Source: Eledone cirrhosa (Eukaryota). Taken from it: a stretch of DNA of 64,000 nucleotides. The position numbers and the translations under genes were made by a program. The notes beneath the pieces were generated by a model. It did no database searches. It was not told where the DNA came from and was given only the letters and a program-made list of their open reading frames with translations. The stretch lies in the NCBI GenBank assembly GCA_964016885.1, contig OZ024746.1, positions 34,162,001 to 34,226,000 of the forward strand, given 5' to 3'. This document shows positions 1 through 15,259 of this stretch, one piece after another (within the stretch, counting starts at the first letter, position 1; each line of letters starts with the position of its first letter).

Positions 1-351
1 GAGCAGGTATACAATTATGGGGATATGTCAATGTCATGTTTAACCGTCTTGTAGTGATGTCAGCAGATATATGAGTTTCTGAATATCGTTTCTTATTACA
101 TTCTAGTATTAGACATATTTACCTTCTAGTATCGTTCAGTAAACAGCCGGGTGCATAAATGTATTTTCTTTATTTAGAATAAATATCTATGTTTACGTAT
201 ATGTGTCTGCTCTATTTGTGTCTACCTGTGGGTGTGTTTGTGTGGGTGTATGTGTGTGCATGTGACTGTGTGTGTATGTGCGTGTATGTGTTTAGCAATG
301 GCGATTTAATACCTTCCTGTTCAGGAACAGAGGGTCATGTTATAACATAAT

Positions 352-458
352 AATTGTTTCTACTTTAGGCACAAGGCCAGCAATTATCCAGTGCATTAGT
401 GGTACTTTATTTTATCGACCCCGTAAGGATGAAAGGCAAAGTCAACCTCGGCGGGATT
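352..458 (-). mobile_element. tRNA-derived SINE (family 1), 5'-truncated
   Basis: Matches the 3' part of the full copies elsewhere (AATTGTTTCTACTTTAGGCACAAGGCCAGC...GGCAAAGTCAACCTCGGCGGGATT). Confidence 0.85.
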
Positions 459-1279
459 ATGTTATAACATAATAATGACAGCAGCAACAGCAATAATAAT
501 GATGACAATAAGTTCTTTAGCAAGGTGTAGAGTGTTGCAAATGCATGTGGGGGGGGGGGGGGGGTAACGTAGGTAGAGTCTATTCTGATCTGGTTTATAT
601 TTTTGAATGATTCTATATATTTTTTTATATATTTGTGTTTGATATTTAGCATTATCTGGAGAACGTTATAGTGGGGGGTGGGGGATTGGGGGCTGGAATT
701 TAAAGGAATTGTTCGTAGTACTCATGTCTAATTTGTTCATTTAGTGGCATGTGTGTTGTTGGTAGAGTTTCGTAATTATTGGCGGTGAATTGTCATTGAT
801 TGTCAGGGTGATTTTGTGTGCCCAATTTGAAATGGTTGTTGAACATGTGAAATGATTTTTTATGAAAAATGTGTCCTGTTTTGCATTTTATACCGTGTCT
901 TCAATTAGCAAATTCTACAATTAGGGTGACAAGACGTTTTGATTATTTTGGGCGATACTCTGTAATTTTGTGCCGGTGAGTATTTTTAAAAACTATTTTG
1001 GCTGTCGTTTGCTTTCCACAAGAATATCCCACTATGCAGCCAGGAACCAAGAATGAAAGTAGCTCCCGGAACTCATAAAAAACTCATATTCAAAAGACAG
1101 CCAACATCGCTTAATAAGCTACTCACCCGTGCTAAATGATTCATTATTTTATTAAAGCAACACATGTTCATAATCAATCTACATATCATGCTGAATGTGT
1201 TAATATCATAAAAGTAAATTTCAAAATAGCAGACGAATTTAAATGTAATCTGCTGGTTTGTGAGGTAATGGTATTTTAT

Positions 1280-1943
1280 TAGCAGCAATATAGCTTCAAG
1301 TAAAATAAATTTACCGACAGCATAGGTCATTTGAATAAGGTTATATATAAAATATGTCAAATTTTGAAAGCTACCACTTATCGTTTTTATTGATTTACGC
1401 AAGATTTAACCATAGTAATTTTATGGATGGGAAAGTGAAATTTAGAAGAAGTAGTATCTATTGTTTGATATCGAGTATTGAAAGGATTTCAATAGAAACA
1501 ATTATATTGTTAAATATGTAAAACTAAACTAGTGAAAATTATATGTGCTCTACATCATAATCTCTTTTAGTAATCGATTTTTACGAAACATTCTTCCGAA
1601 AATCATCTCATATGTGCGTACTATATATGGAAATAATATAATGAACGTCATGTGATCTAACAACAGAAGAAAGGCAAACTACTAAAACGACGTGATTTGA
1701 GAATTTGAGATTTTTACGACGTATGTGGATTTGTTTCATGGAAGCATTTTCATACACCGATGTAACAGAAGCAGAATTATCAATCAATATAGGGTAAGCA
1801 TAATCACATACACTTTTCAATTAAAAGTACAAAACAAAGAAACAAAATGAGTGAGGCAACAAATAAATTCTTGTAGTTGATCATCGCAGTTTTCATATCA
1901 AAATGGGGCATACAAATATTGGCACAAAAGTTTGAGAAACACT
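1280..1943 (-). mobile_element. Decayed hAT (Charlie/Buster-like) DNA transposon, 5' part
   Basis: Minus strand reads CAGTGTTTCTCAAACTTTT (TIR-like) at about 1925-1943; downstream NASMKQIHIRRK and LLEA...PH resemble the NESMKPSKLxRH and LEASY..A..IA...PHT motifs of Charlie transposases. Confidence 0.45.
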
Positions 1944-2689
1944 GATCTATGGTATATTGACTTTAAATTATGGGTATTGAACGTGGCCTAAACTGTACGA
2001 AATTTGTCACATTGAGAGAAGACAATATATGACATTCATGTATGGATTTTTATAAGGTTTCCTTATTTATATGGGGAGGAATTCATCTACATATATTGTT
2101 TTGCCCACTGTAAAGCTGAAAGCATCACGAGCCGTTATTGATTTAGTAACACTGTTCTCGGATAATCAGTCTTATATTAAATTTAACGCCACGTGAGTAT
2201 ATTGTATTTTTTTATCTGAATCAGTGTGGTTTGAGTTTAAATCATTGTCCTATTATTCTTGCTCATGGAGTAAACACCAGATTCATTCATACGCATATAA
2301 TTAGTACAACATTGTTTAAGCAGGAATGCATATTTGCTACACACAATCTGTTATAAACCGTAGTTCTTTAGGAACATTTTTTAATATGATTTCATATCCT
2401 ATTTGCTAGATAATGTATACCTATTCAAAACAGAGTGCCTATTTTGGTGTTTGTTTACGTAATGTCAATAAATATAAGCTCTCAAAATGTTCATATACAG
2501 GAAAGAAGGTAAAAAGAACGATTAATATAATTGCCACTATTTTGCAGCACATAGGATGGCGTTGAGTATGTTTAAAATGGGCTAGTCCTCATAGCAATTT
2601 TAGATACGTCTACATAGATCATTTCAGATTATCAAACATATACTGTGCCGTATAGTATATAAAGTTGGTACACACACAAACCCCCATTT

Positions 2690-2968
<279 letters not shown>

Positions 2969-3266
2969 GAATAGGTAATTGCTATTTTCATAACTGCTAT
3001 TGAGTAGATGTGAATGAATTTGAATAGTATTAACTGCATGTATTCATCCCTAAATGTTGAAGCTCGTGAGAAAATAGCTGTAAGCTATATAATAGAAAAT
3101 TGAGTAAGCAAACATATAACACATAATAAATATCACCAATGATAATATTAACAATAAAAGTTGATGTATTGAGAAGATGAAAACAGATCGATGCTAAAAG
3201 AACTAATCAGACATCTACTATTTGATGCGAATTGATTTACATTTAAATATCGGAATTGTATTTGGT

Positions 3267-3267
<1 letters not shown>

Positions 3268-3341
<74 letters not shown>

Positions 3342-3342
3342 G

Positions 3343-3389
<47 letters not shown>

Positions 3390-3537
3390 ATATATATTTA
3401 TACATTTAATATGTGATATATGTAAATATATCATATATATTCAGATGTCATATATATACATATGTGTATCTATATGCTTATATATATATATATATATATA
3501 TGGTGTTAAAGTTTGCTATATGCATATATATATATAG

Positions 3538-3596
<59 letters not shown>

Positions 3597-3668
3597 GAGA
3601 GAGAGAGATAGATAGATATATATATAGATACCTAAATACATACATACATACATACATACATACATACA

Positions 3669-3697
<29 letters not shown>
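3268..3697. repeat. Compound (TA)n/(GA)n/(TACA)n microsatellite
   Basis: Directly visible. Confidence 0.95.
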
Positions 3698-3699
<2 letters not shown>

Positions 3700-4125
3700 G
3701 TGTCGGCGCCTTTGTTTGGGTGAGTGTGTGCAATTTATATATAGATATATCCATCTGAAAGTTAATAGGAAACGTCTGAGACATGGTGTGGTTTTATTTT
3801 TGTTATCGTTATCTTGCTTATGATATTTTATTAATTTATTTTAAAATATTCTATTAATTCTATAATGTAGAAATTGTAAAGTGAGTCTCACCATGAAAAA
3901 TTAAAAATATTGGTAAAAAATAATCCTTTAAAATTCTAATTCGTTGAATCAATATTGCTAATGTGTTTATCTTTAAAACATACTATAATGTACAACTTTG
4001 AAAACTAGGACACACTATACTAAATTTAAAGTTTTAATATCGAAAATGCTAAAGGCCATTAAAGATAGACTTAATACGTTTCCACTATCTCAAATAAATA
4101 TGTAATTGTTTCATATCATATCATT

Positions 4126-4353
4126 ATATCAATGATATTAATAAATGGAAATTATATTTATAAAACCATATTTATTCTATTATATATATTTCAAGGGTAC
4201 CAAAACTTTGGTACGCTCTCATCAATATTTATGAAACAAACTTCGTATTCTATCTGATGAGGGCGTACCAAAGTTTTGGTACCGTTGAAATATATATAAT
4301 AGAATAAATATGGTTTCATAAATATAGTTTCCATTTATTAATATCATTGATAT
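4126..4353. repeat. Inverted repeat with ~99-bp arms carrying a hammerhead motif
   Basis: 4126-4224 is the near-perfect reverse complement of 4255-4353, with a 30-bp spacer. Confidence 0.9.
4246..4306 (+). ncRNA. Minimal type-I hammerhead ribozyme
   Basis: UAUUCUAU-CUGAUGA-stem II (GUACCAAA/UUUGGUAC)-GAAA-UAUAUA-UA-AUAGAAUA; 8-bp stem I, palindromic stem III. Confidence 0.85.
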
Positions 4354-4619
4354 TATACTCCGGAAAATTTGTCCAGTGCTTCGAATCTGATATAAATATA
4401 TATATTTGTTGAATTACCAACAAATTAAATATCCCTTTGCTTATGTATATATATATGTATAAATGAAAATAGAGAAATTAATGTGAGCAAGAAGCCAACA
4501 ATATTTCATAATATATAAGTGACTATAACGTCAAAATAAAAATCAATTAACATAAATAAGGGAAAATAATTCAAACTCAATTAAAAAAAATATTAATGGT
4601 AAAATACGCTAGACATACG

Positions 4620-4663
<44 letters not shown>

Positions 4664-4801
4664 AAATGTGTGTAATCCTTGGTACAGTTAGGTATATTAA
4701 GACAGGGGGGAAGAAAAAATGGCTTCACTTGTGCTTTCAACAAATTTATTTTATTCACAAAATCCAAAAAGAATTTTTCTTAAAAAAAATTATTTTATAA
4801 A

Positions 4802-7478
4802 TTAAGTTGTTGGTTGTTGGTCGTGTGGGATGTTAGTGTACAGGCTTATTACATCAAAACTGACTAGGATTGTATCCTGGTGTACGGGGTGTGTTTCTAT
4901 AGTGCAGATGCGCCTTGCCATGTTGAAGGGAATGTTCCATTTCGTATGTGAGGGGTGTGCTGACCGGAAATTTAAGTATTGGTGTGTGTCAGTGGGTTTG
5001 CAAAATAGGTCCGTTATGATATTTTCCCCTTCTTTAATGATGAGGATATCTAGAAAGGGCAGTTCCTTTTCGTTACATTCCATAGTGAATTGTATAGCTT
5101 CATGAAGCCTGTTTAGGATCGAATACAATTTTTGTAGGTCTGTTTGGCTTCTGTTCCAGAAGATGAAGCAGTCATCTAGGTAACGTTTCCAGTTTTTATT
5201 AATGTAGAAGGCGAAGTCGTGACTGAATGTTATCTGTAGTTGGGAATATAATTTTGCCTCTAAGTGACCCATAACGAGCGTTGCATATGTAGGGGCCACT
5301 TTGGTACCCATGGCTGTTCCTTTTATTTGTAGATAAAGTTCGTTGTCAAAGAGGAAGTGGTTGTTTTCCAATACTAATTTAAGTCCTTCCAAGATGAATT
5401 CTTTGGGGAATCTTTCTGAAATGTGACTTGAGTGTTTTGTAATCCAGAAGTCTACAGCTTCAATCCCTAGGTATCATCTCAGATGTAGCTTGGAACTTTT
5501 TTACATAGGGGTTTGAGTATGATGTCTAATAGGTTGCTTAGACGTTATGTGCTTGAGGCTGGGCCAGCAATAATGGGGCGTAATTTTAAGTCTGTCGGTT
5601 TTGGTGCTTCGATGTATGATGTATTTTTCCATTTTATGTTGTTTTGGATTTCTATGGATTTGTGAAATTTTGGTAATCCATAGAAATTGCTGGTTTTCAT
5701 TTCGAACTTGGTTAGGTAATCTACTTCTTTTGGTGTTAGGTTGTTTTGGTACTTTGTTGTTAGTTTGCCTATTTGGTTCCTCGATTTCCTTTCTTCGTTT
5801 TTAGTGATTTTCCTGTAGAAGTTTTCGTCATTCAAGTGTGCTAGGACCATATATTTGTAGTGGTTTGTGTCCATGATGACGATTGTTCCACTTTTGTCCG
5901 CTTCTTTTATAATTATTGAGGAATCTCTTTGTAGCTTGTTCAATGCTAGTAGTTGGTCTGCAGGGATGTTGCATTTATGTTTCGTCTCGGCCGTATTTGT
6001 ACGTGCTGATCGGCGAAGGCAGGTTATGTATTCCTCCAGGTATTTATCTCTATTTAGCGGGGGTGTGAAGTTTATTTTTGTTTTTCACCAGTGATTCTTC
6101 CTCGTATTTTACACCCTGGAAGAATTCTCCTAAGCGTAATTTTCGACAGTATTCTTCTGTCTTTTATAACATCGGCTGTATCTGCTTTCGGAGTGGGAGT
6201 GAACTTCAGTCCATTTTCTAACAGTTGTATTTCTGGTTGTGTTAATTTCTAGGCTGATATATTGATTATTTTTGGTTCGATTGGTTCTTTCTCGTCAGGT
6301 GCCACTTGAAAGGTGGTGCTTTTTTCTTTTTTTCTTTCATTTGGTGCGAGGCCCCTAGTCCTAAAAAATGGGTGCCATTTGGGATAGGGGTGTTTCTGTT
6401 GTGGTGAAACCTTTGGCCCGCCGGAACTTCATGTCGATAACTGGTTGGGCGATAGACTCTTGCGTGGCCGTTGCTGTATGGGGGTCTGGTTCTTCTGTTG
6501 ATTCGTTCAGTATTCACGTGTCTTTGATTTTGTCTCCGGTGATTGTTCTTGGTGTTATGGCAGTGGTTCTATCTGGTTCTGGTGTTGAGTATTGGGTCTG
6601 TATGTAGTTGTGTGTTTGGGGTTACCCAATATCTGGTTGTTGTTGGTTTATTGTGTGGGTGCTTCATTTCTTGTGTTGTTGTATTTTCCTGAGTTCTGGG
6701 GTTTCCTATGGGTTTGTTTTCTGGGTTTTATTTGGTCTTTCCCATAGTTATCTTCATATTCTTGAAGCCATTGAGTTCTTGACTCCAAGATTTTCTTTGA
6801 TTTTAACTCCTCTCTAGTTGTATCTGTCTGCCATAGGTTAAGGAGTTTTTCACGTACATTGCCGCTGTTTCTTTTGTTTATTTCCTCTTGGATGGTGGTG
6901 TCGCATTTTTCAAATTTCTCTTTGAATTTTGGCACTCTTAGGCGGAGTAGAGTGATTTCGGTCTCAAGTGTTTGGAGTGCTAGATTTAGTCTTGTTGCAG
7001 TTTCTTCCTTTTATTCCGATGGTATTTCTTTAATTCGGAATTTTCTCGGGAGGATAACTGGTTCCTTGCTACGCCATATTTCGTATGTGTCTGCTAGGTT
7101 TTCACTCCTCAAGGCTTTCCAGTATGCCTGTTTCCTTTGATTTAATAATGGGTTCCAAATATTTTTCATTTGGTTTCTTTTTCTGTAGGCTTCTTTTTCT
7201 AGGTTCAGTTCATTCCATTCTTTGAATGCATTATTAGTTATGGAGTTCTGTTCATGTGTAGCTATTTCAGGAGAAAAGGTTTGTTCTTGTTTTTGCCGGT
7301 CTGTAATTAGTGAATCAAGTTTTTCCCTATAGCTGCGTGTTTGTTGTTCCATTTCTTGTACGGCATTCGTAAGGGAATCATATTTATCTATTATTATGGT
7401 GAGTTTTTCTGATAGTTCCTGTAGTAGTGTATCCGATTTGAAGGATTCAGTAGAGGATTTTGAACGTGTGTTAGCCAT
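4802..7478 (-). pseudogene. PLE reverse transcriptase ORF, disrupted, with no GIY-YIG domain
   Basis: Coiled-coil-like N-terminus, GLKFTPTP, IIIKEADK, FYGLPKxHK, LRPIIAGP, GTAMGTKVAPTYA, RYLDD, LPFLD, KPTDTHQYL; stops and frameshifts present. Confidence 0.9.
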
Positions 7479-7750
7479 TCTGTCTTGTACAAGGGGATAG
7501 AATATTGGAAAATATGTGTAATCCTTGGTACAGTTATGTATATTAAGACAGGGGGGGGGGGGAAAGAAAAAATGGCTTCACTTGTGCTTTCAACAAATTT
7601 ATTTTCTTCACAAAATTCAAAAATAATTTTTCTTAAAAAAAATTATTTTATAAATTAAGTTGTTGGTTGTTGGTCGTGTGGGATGTTAGTGTACAGGCTT
7701 ATTACATCAAAACTGACTAGGATTGTATCCTGGTGTACGGGGTGTGTTGC

Positions 7751-9247
7751 TGACGAGAAAGAACCAATCGAACCAAATATAATCAATATATCAGCCAAGA
7801 AATTAACACAACCAGAAATACAACTGTTAGAAAATGGACTGAAGTTCACTCCCACTCCGAAAGCAGATACAGCCGATGTTATAAAAGACACAGAAGAATA
7901 CTGTCGAAAATTACGCTTAGGAGAATTCTTCCAGGGTGTACAATACGTGGAAGAATTACTGGTGAAAACAAAAAGAACTTCACACCCCCGCTAAATAGAG
8001 ATAAATACCTGGAGGAATACATAACCTGCCTTCGCCGATCAGCACGTACAAATACGGCCGAGACGAAACATAAATGCAACATACCTACAGACCAACTACT
8101 AGCATTGAACAAGCTACAAAGAGATTCGTCAATAATTATAAAAGAAGCGGACAAAGTTGGAACAATCGTCATCATGGACACAAACCACTACAAAGATATG
8201 GTCCTAGCACACTTGAATGACGAAAACTTCTACAGGAAAATCACTAAAAACGAAGAAAGGAAATCGAGGAACCAAATAGGCAAACTAACAACAAAGTACC
8301 AAAACAACCTAACACCAAAAGAAGTAGATTACCTAACCAAGTTCAAAATGAAAACCAGCAATTTCTATGGATTACCAAAAATTCACAAATCCATAGAAAT
8401 CCAAAACAACATAAAATGGAAAAATACATCATACATCGAAGCAACCAAAACCGACAGACTTAAAATTACGCCCCATTATTGCTGGCCCAGCCTCAAGCAC
8501 ACAACGTCTAAGCAACCTATTAGACATCATACTCAAACCCCTATGTAAAAAAGTTCCAAGCTACATCAGAGATGATACCTAGGGATTGAAGCTGTGGACT
8601 TCTGGATTACAAAACACTCAAGTCACATTTCAGAAAGATTCCCCAAAGAATTCATCTTGGAAGGACTTAAATTAGTATTGGAAAACAACCACTTCCTCTT
8701 TGACAACGAACTTTATCTACAAATAAAAGGAACAGCCATGGGTACCAAAGTGGCCCCTACATATGCAACGCTCGTTATGGGTCACTTAGAGGCAAAATTA
8801 TATTCCCAACTACAGATAACAATCAGTTACGACTTCGCCTTCTACATTAATAAAAACTGGAAACGTTACCTAGATGACTGCTTCATCTTCTGGAACAGAA
8901 GCCAAACAGACCTACAAACATTTTATTCGATCCTAAATAGGCTTCAAGAAGCTATACAATTCACTATGGAATGTAACGAAAAGGAACTGCCCTTTCTAGA
9001 TATCCTCATCATTAAAGAAGGGGAAAATATCATAACGGACCTATTTTGCAAACCCACTGACACACACCAATACTTAAATTTCCGGTCAGCACACCCCTCA
9101 CATACGAAATGGAACATTCCCTTCAACATGGCAAGGCGCATCTGCACTATAGCAACACACCCCGTACACCAGGATACAATCCTAGTCAGTTTTGATGTAA
9201 TAAGCCTGTACACTAACATCCCACACGACCAACAACCAACAACTTAA
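7751..9247 (+). pseudogene. Inverted second copy of the PLE RT, 5'-truncated
   Basis: ORFs 8105-8548 and 8594-9247 are nearly identical to the minus-strand ORFs 5545-5943 and 4802-5392. Confidence 0.9.
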
Positions 9248-9480
9248 TTTATAAAATAATTTTTTTTAAGAAAAATTCTTTTTGGATTTTGTGAATAAAA
9301 TAAATTTGTTGAAAGCACAAGTGAAGCCATTTTTTCTTCCCATCTGTCTTAATATATATATATATCCAAAATTAAGATAAATTAAATTAATTTAATCAAA
9401 ATCGAAATTGGGGGTGTCATGCCATAACGGCATGCGCCATATCGCCTGGAAATAAGCTCAAAGATATATCCGAGCATTTT

Positions 9481-10930
<1,450 letters not shown>

Positions 10931-12911
10931 CGTATGTATAGCGTATTTTACCATTAGTTCACCAATTTGAGCACTCGGTGTTTAGGCCATTCCGTTTAAT
11001 TATAGTACGTGGTGCTATACTATGGTCAGTTTCCTCCATTAGCGGAGTGTAATATTAATAATAAGTGGGAATGTGGTATCGGTGTATCATCATTAACTCT
11101 TGTTCGGTTGTTTCGCGACAGATCAGCTCAAGTTTCTCTCCGTATCAATGGTGGCCGAATATATAGCTTATTCCACTCTTTGGCTTCGTCTAATTACGTC
11201 TTGATTCTAGAGTCGGGCCCGTTCAATGCCAATTGACCTTGAGCTGATCGATGACGAAACACGAACTTGCGTCACACATGAACACATTCCTATCACCGCT
11301 ATACCACGTGATTATTTCTCCTTCCCGAGAATTATTCATTTGTAACGTTCAGTTCAAGAAATAATCCATTCACCTGAGAGTTCCTTTGATCATCCGTTAG
11401 CCCTGGTGCACTTTTCTGATGCACAATTGCTGAAAAACCATTCGGGGAACCTGGCAGTGGTACTTTTGAGAAAGGAAATAGGTATATTTTTGTCTATTCT
11501 TTCTTCACATTTATAATTTGATAAATAGCTCTGATTAAAAGAGTATTATAATTATTGTGATTATTTTAATTCTATCGGTCATTGAGCAAAAGTAGCCAAG
11601 TAGACACACGACACTTATATATTTATACTTATATATATATATATATATCTGTGTGTATCTTAATACAATTTTTCCCAACTCCCTTATAGTAGAGTAAATA
11701 GGTGGCTGCTGCTTGCTTTTTCTAGCAAATAATATATTGGCCGATCATTCAGCGTGACCGCTATACACGGTGATAATATTTCCATGGTGTGGGTGTCAGG
11801 CAAATATACGTTATAAGGCATGAGGCATAAAGGAAGTAAGTAAAAATGAAAAACTGAAAAAATAAAAATTGGGTTAGTGGCAATGAGAGATGAAATGTTG
11901 AAAAGGTGGAAAGATGGAAAAAAATTATAAAATGACAAAATCGAAGAAAAAATTAAATAGTGAAAATCAAAGAATTGAACATTTGAAAACATTATGAACA
12001 TTTAAAAAACATTAAAACAAATTATAAAAAATAGAATAATTATATTAATAATATGAAGTAAAATAAAATAGAAGGATTAGAAGCATAAAATGAGCGTGAA
12101 GGTGTCGGTGTATGGGATGATGGGATATGATGTATGGCATATGCCATATGAAACATAAGAGAAGTGAAATATATGAAACAGATTTTTTGATGCTGGTTGC
12201 CAAAATATAGATTCTCGACGTGGTGGAGGTATGGGTGTCTTCCAACATTTACATGATACCCCAAGGATTACCCACCAGGGGAGGTTATTATAAATTTATC
12301 CTCGCAATCACTTTTGGAGATATAACGATTAATTTTGCTATCAGAACACAAAGTTTTATGGCTGCGATGGAAATATATTTGCCTCTATACATAATTTTAT
12401 TTTTCAGTCGAATTTACTCCACTCCTATATATTTATAGATTAATGTTGCGTAACGTTTTGGACTAAAATGGTTTTTACAATTAACCAGGAGATTACAGCG
12501 AGTAAAATTATTAGAAAACCTATTTCATTCTACCTTACAAACAATATGTAACGATAAATATAACTATAGAAGATTTGGATAAAGTATATCATATAACAAT
12601 ATGAAAGAAATTATTATATTCCCGAAGAATGATACTTAAATTAATAAAATAGAGCAGAAGGTTACCTTATAAAGTAGGATTAAAAGGAGAGAAATTAATA
12701 GGGGAATGGCTAATCCTAGTTTATTTGGTATTAATTGAGTAGAAAATAAAAAAAAATTGTATTTTGGACGCATGACTAGATACGTACAGCAAATATTGGT
12801 TTTACTTAAAGCACAGATTTAAATTCTATATTAACTTTTATGGCTATCAATATAAATCATGCTGCTCTCTTGTCCGATGTTTATCACACTACATGGGACA
12901 ATTGATTATTA

Positions 12912-13090
12912 TTGGCAATATCGGTTGCGGGTCAGACGCCATGCTTTGACACATAGAGTTACGGCCCTTGCCATTCTGAGTTCAAATCCCGCCGACGTTA
13001 ACTTTGCCTTTCATCCATGCGGGGTCGATAAAATAAAGTACCAGTAATGCACCGGTAATTGCTGGCCTTGTGCCAAAAGTAGAAACAATT
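12912..13090 (+). mobile_element. tRNA-derived SINE (family 1)
   Basis: A box TGGCAATATCGG, B box GAGTTCAAATCC, conserved body and tail. Confidence 0.85.
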
Positions 13091-14083
13091 ATAATTTTAT
13101 GCGTTTATGAGATTTGAGACACGATATTTTTTTGTAACGTGTAGATTTATTTGTTTGATTTCGTGACAAGAGTTTATTTTAATTAATGACATACCACAGA
13201 GAAAAAGTCCCTGAACGTTCACTAAATCTGCATGCCACTGGGAGGTTTTCGTATTCTACTTAATATATCGTTAAACCAGAAAAGGCGAAGGATACTATTC
13301 AAAAAATTTAATTGCATAAATATGAAAATAATTGAAAAGTAGAAGCAAATAATTGGAGACATAATTGATTATTTCCAGTGGTCCTTAAGTGCTATTTATC
13401 TTTCCTTAAATGAAAGGTTTGAACAAATCAATATATATTAATATGATACATATTTTTTTATAAATATATTCTGCATAACTATCAACTATGTATGAATTGG
13501 TTCGATATTTTATATCTAGTAGATTAGGTTTGTCCACCAGTGCACAGAGGATCGAGTTAGCGTCACTAGTTTAAGTACAAATTCGAGATAGTAAGGTAAT
13601 CGATTGAAATAATCGAGTATAACTGGAATGGATATTGCTTAATAACCATGCTAATACATGAGTCGCCACAAATATACTTATTCACTTTAGCTGACATTTT
13701 TCTCCGGATATTTCACATGTGCATTAGTATTTTCATTTAATTAAAACAATTACTAGTAGAATTGCCATCCATTCTCTTAATTTATATTCACATAATACTG
13801 ACACGATATAGGAGAAAACATCGTGCAGTAGAGAAGGGAGGTAGGTACCACGAACAAGGATCCTGCATGATATGTAATTTTGAACTTGCTTCGATGCAAC
13901 TGCGTCAAAAGATTTATTATGCTTCAGGTTAATATTATTTATACAGTATTTTCTGTATGTTATTGCTTATCGAATTCTTTGCTATGTTCGCTTTTAATCA
14001 ATCTTACGTGCTCACGAAGAAAATAACCCTAGTATGAAGTAACGTTCAGTCACTCTATAAATTTGCAATGGAATACTAAAGGG

Positions 14084-14415
14084 TTAGACCCACATTCGGT
14101 CACAAATGACCATGGGGTTTGAACCTAGAAAGTTTCCCTCCGAGGCACAAGTCCGGGCAAAGTTGTTTGTGAAAGACCAGCTGTCACCCATACATACCAG
14201 CCTCCTCCTCCACGCCACCGATGATGTCCAAGTGAAAGGCAATGGCTGATACAGCTTGGCACCGGTGGCGTCGCACCTCATTTCTACATCCGAGTAAATT
14301 GGAACAAGGTGAAATAAAGGTGTTATGTCAAGGAGATGACGCATCACCCGGTCAGAGAATCGAACTCACAACCTTTCGATTTCAAGCTCAATGCTCGAAC
14401 CACTAAGCCATGCGT
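14084..14415 (-). mobile_element. tRNA-derived SINE (family 2)
   Basis: Minus strand: A box TGGCTTAGTGG, B box GAGTTCGATTC, then a central domain and tail unrelated to family 1. Confidence 0.75.
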
Positions 14416-14917
14416 ATCAATAATACACACATCTGTGCCCGTTCCTTAATCAGTCTCACGTTATCAGAATATAATAATGGAAAGTTAATGATTTGGGTCT
14501 TGACTGTATTTGAAAATGAATTGTTAGTGTCGAACTCACTTTAATTGGACTTAATACGTAGTCGGCAATAGCTAAATCACTCAAATGATTACTTCCAACC
14601 AGCTCGCTCTGTTGAATTTGAACTATAATAAATGATTATCTTCAAGAAAACAATAAATTATATATAGTAAATAACATAATGTGTTTTGATATATATGAGT
14701 GATATACTATAATTTACATTCATTTTGTTGTATTTATTCTAATTTTAGTATGTATACGTACATATATATATGTATACAGACGTACACATATACGTGTACG
14801 TATGGATTCACCGAAAATTTATTATAATATTCGGTGTGTTTGTAAACCAACATCCCGAATTAAGCCGTACAGTGTCTAGCAACTATCATTGCTCATTTGT
14901 TCAACACTGACAAAGGA

Positions 14918-14960
14918 ACGCTGTACTAGTTTCAAACTTATTAGCTATCGTCAGCAACGT
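14918..14960 (-). ncRNA. Minimal type-I hammerhead ribozyme, core intact
   Basis: ACGUUG-CUGACGA-UAGCUAAUAAGUUU-GAAA-CUAG-UA-CAGCGU. Confidence 0.85.
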
Positions 14961-15259
14961 ATACCTTCCTGCCAGATGATTGAACGTCTGAAAGTATATA
15001 CTTTCCTTATGCATAGTAACGGCTGAGCAGCCTAATTTGCATATCGAGTGAGTTAATCGGCCGGGGTACTGAAAACGATAAACGGAAAAAATGAAACGAA
15101 ATTTCACTTCTCACTCTTAGTACAGCTGTTACTTAATATACATATATGTTACTTAATTTACATATATGTATACAGACGTACAGTAGTATGTATATATATA
15201 TATATACATTCATGCACACACATATACATGTATGTATGCATTCACCGAACATTTATTAT

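Larger units (their letters stand above)
4659..9352. mobile_element. Penelope-like element insertion: pLTR-ORF-pLTR plus an inverted 5'-truncated copy, flanked by (TA)n
   Basis: ~240-bp direct repeat at 4659-4895 and 7505-7748; ~1.6-kb inverted arms at 4695-6298 and 7750-9352; PLE RT motifs. Confidence 0.9.

Noticed and set aside
4659-4895. Expected HHR in the pLTR of the RT-bearing PLE
   Set aside because: No CUGANGA box found; probably lost with the deleted GIY-YIG region
12912-14415. tRNA genes
   Set aside because: The A and B boxes belong to SINE heads; no complete cloverleaf seen
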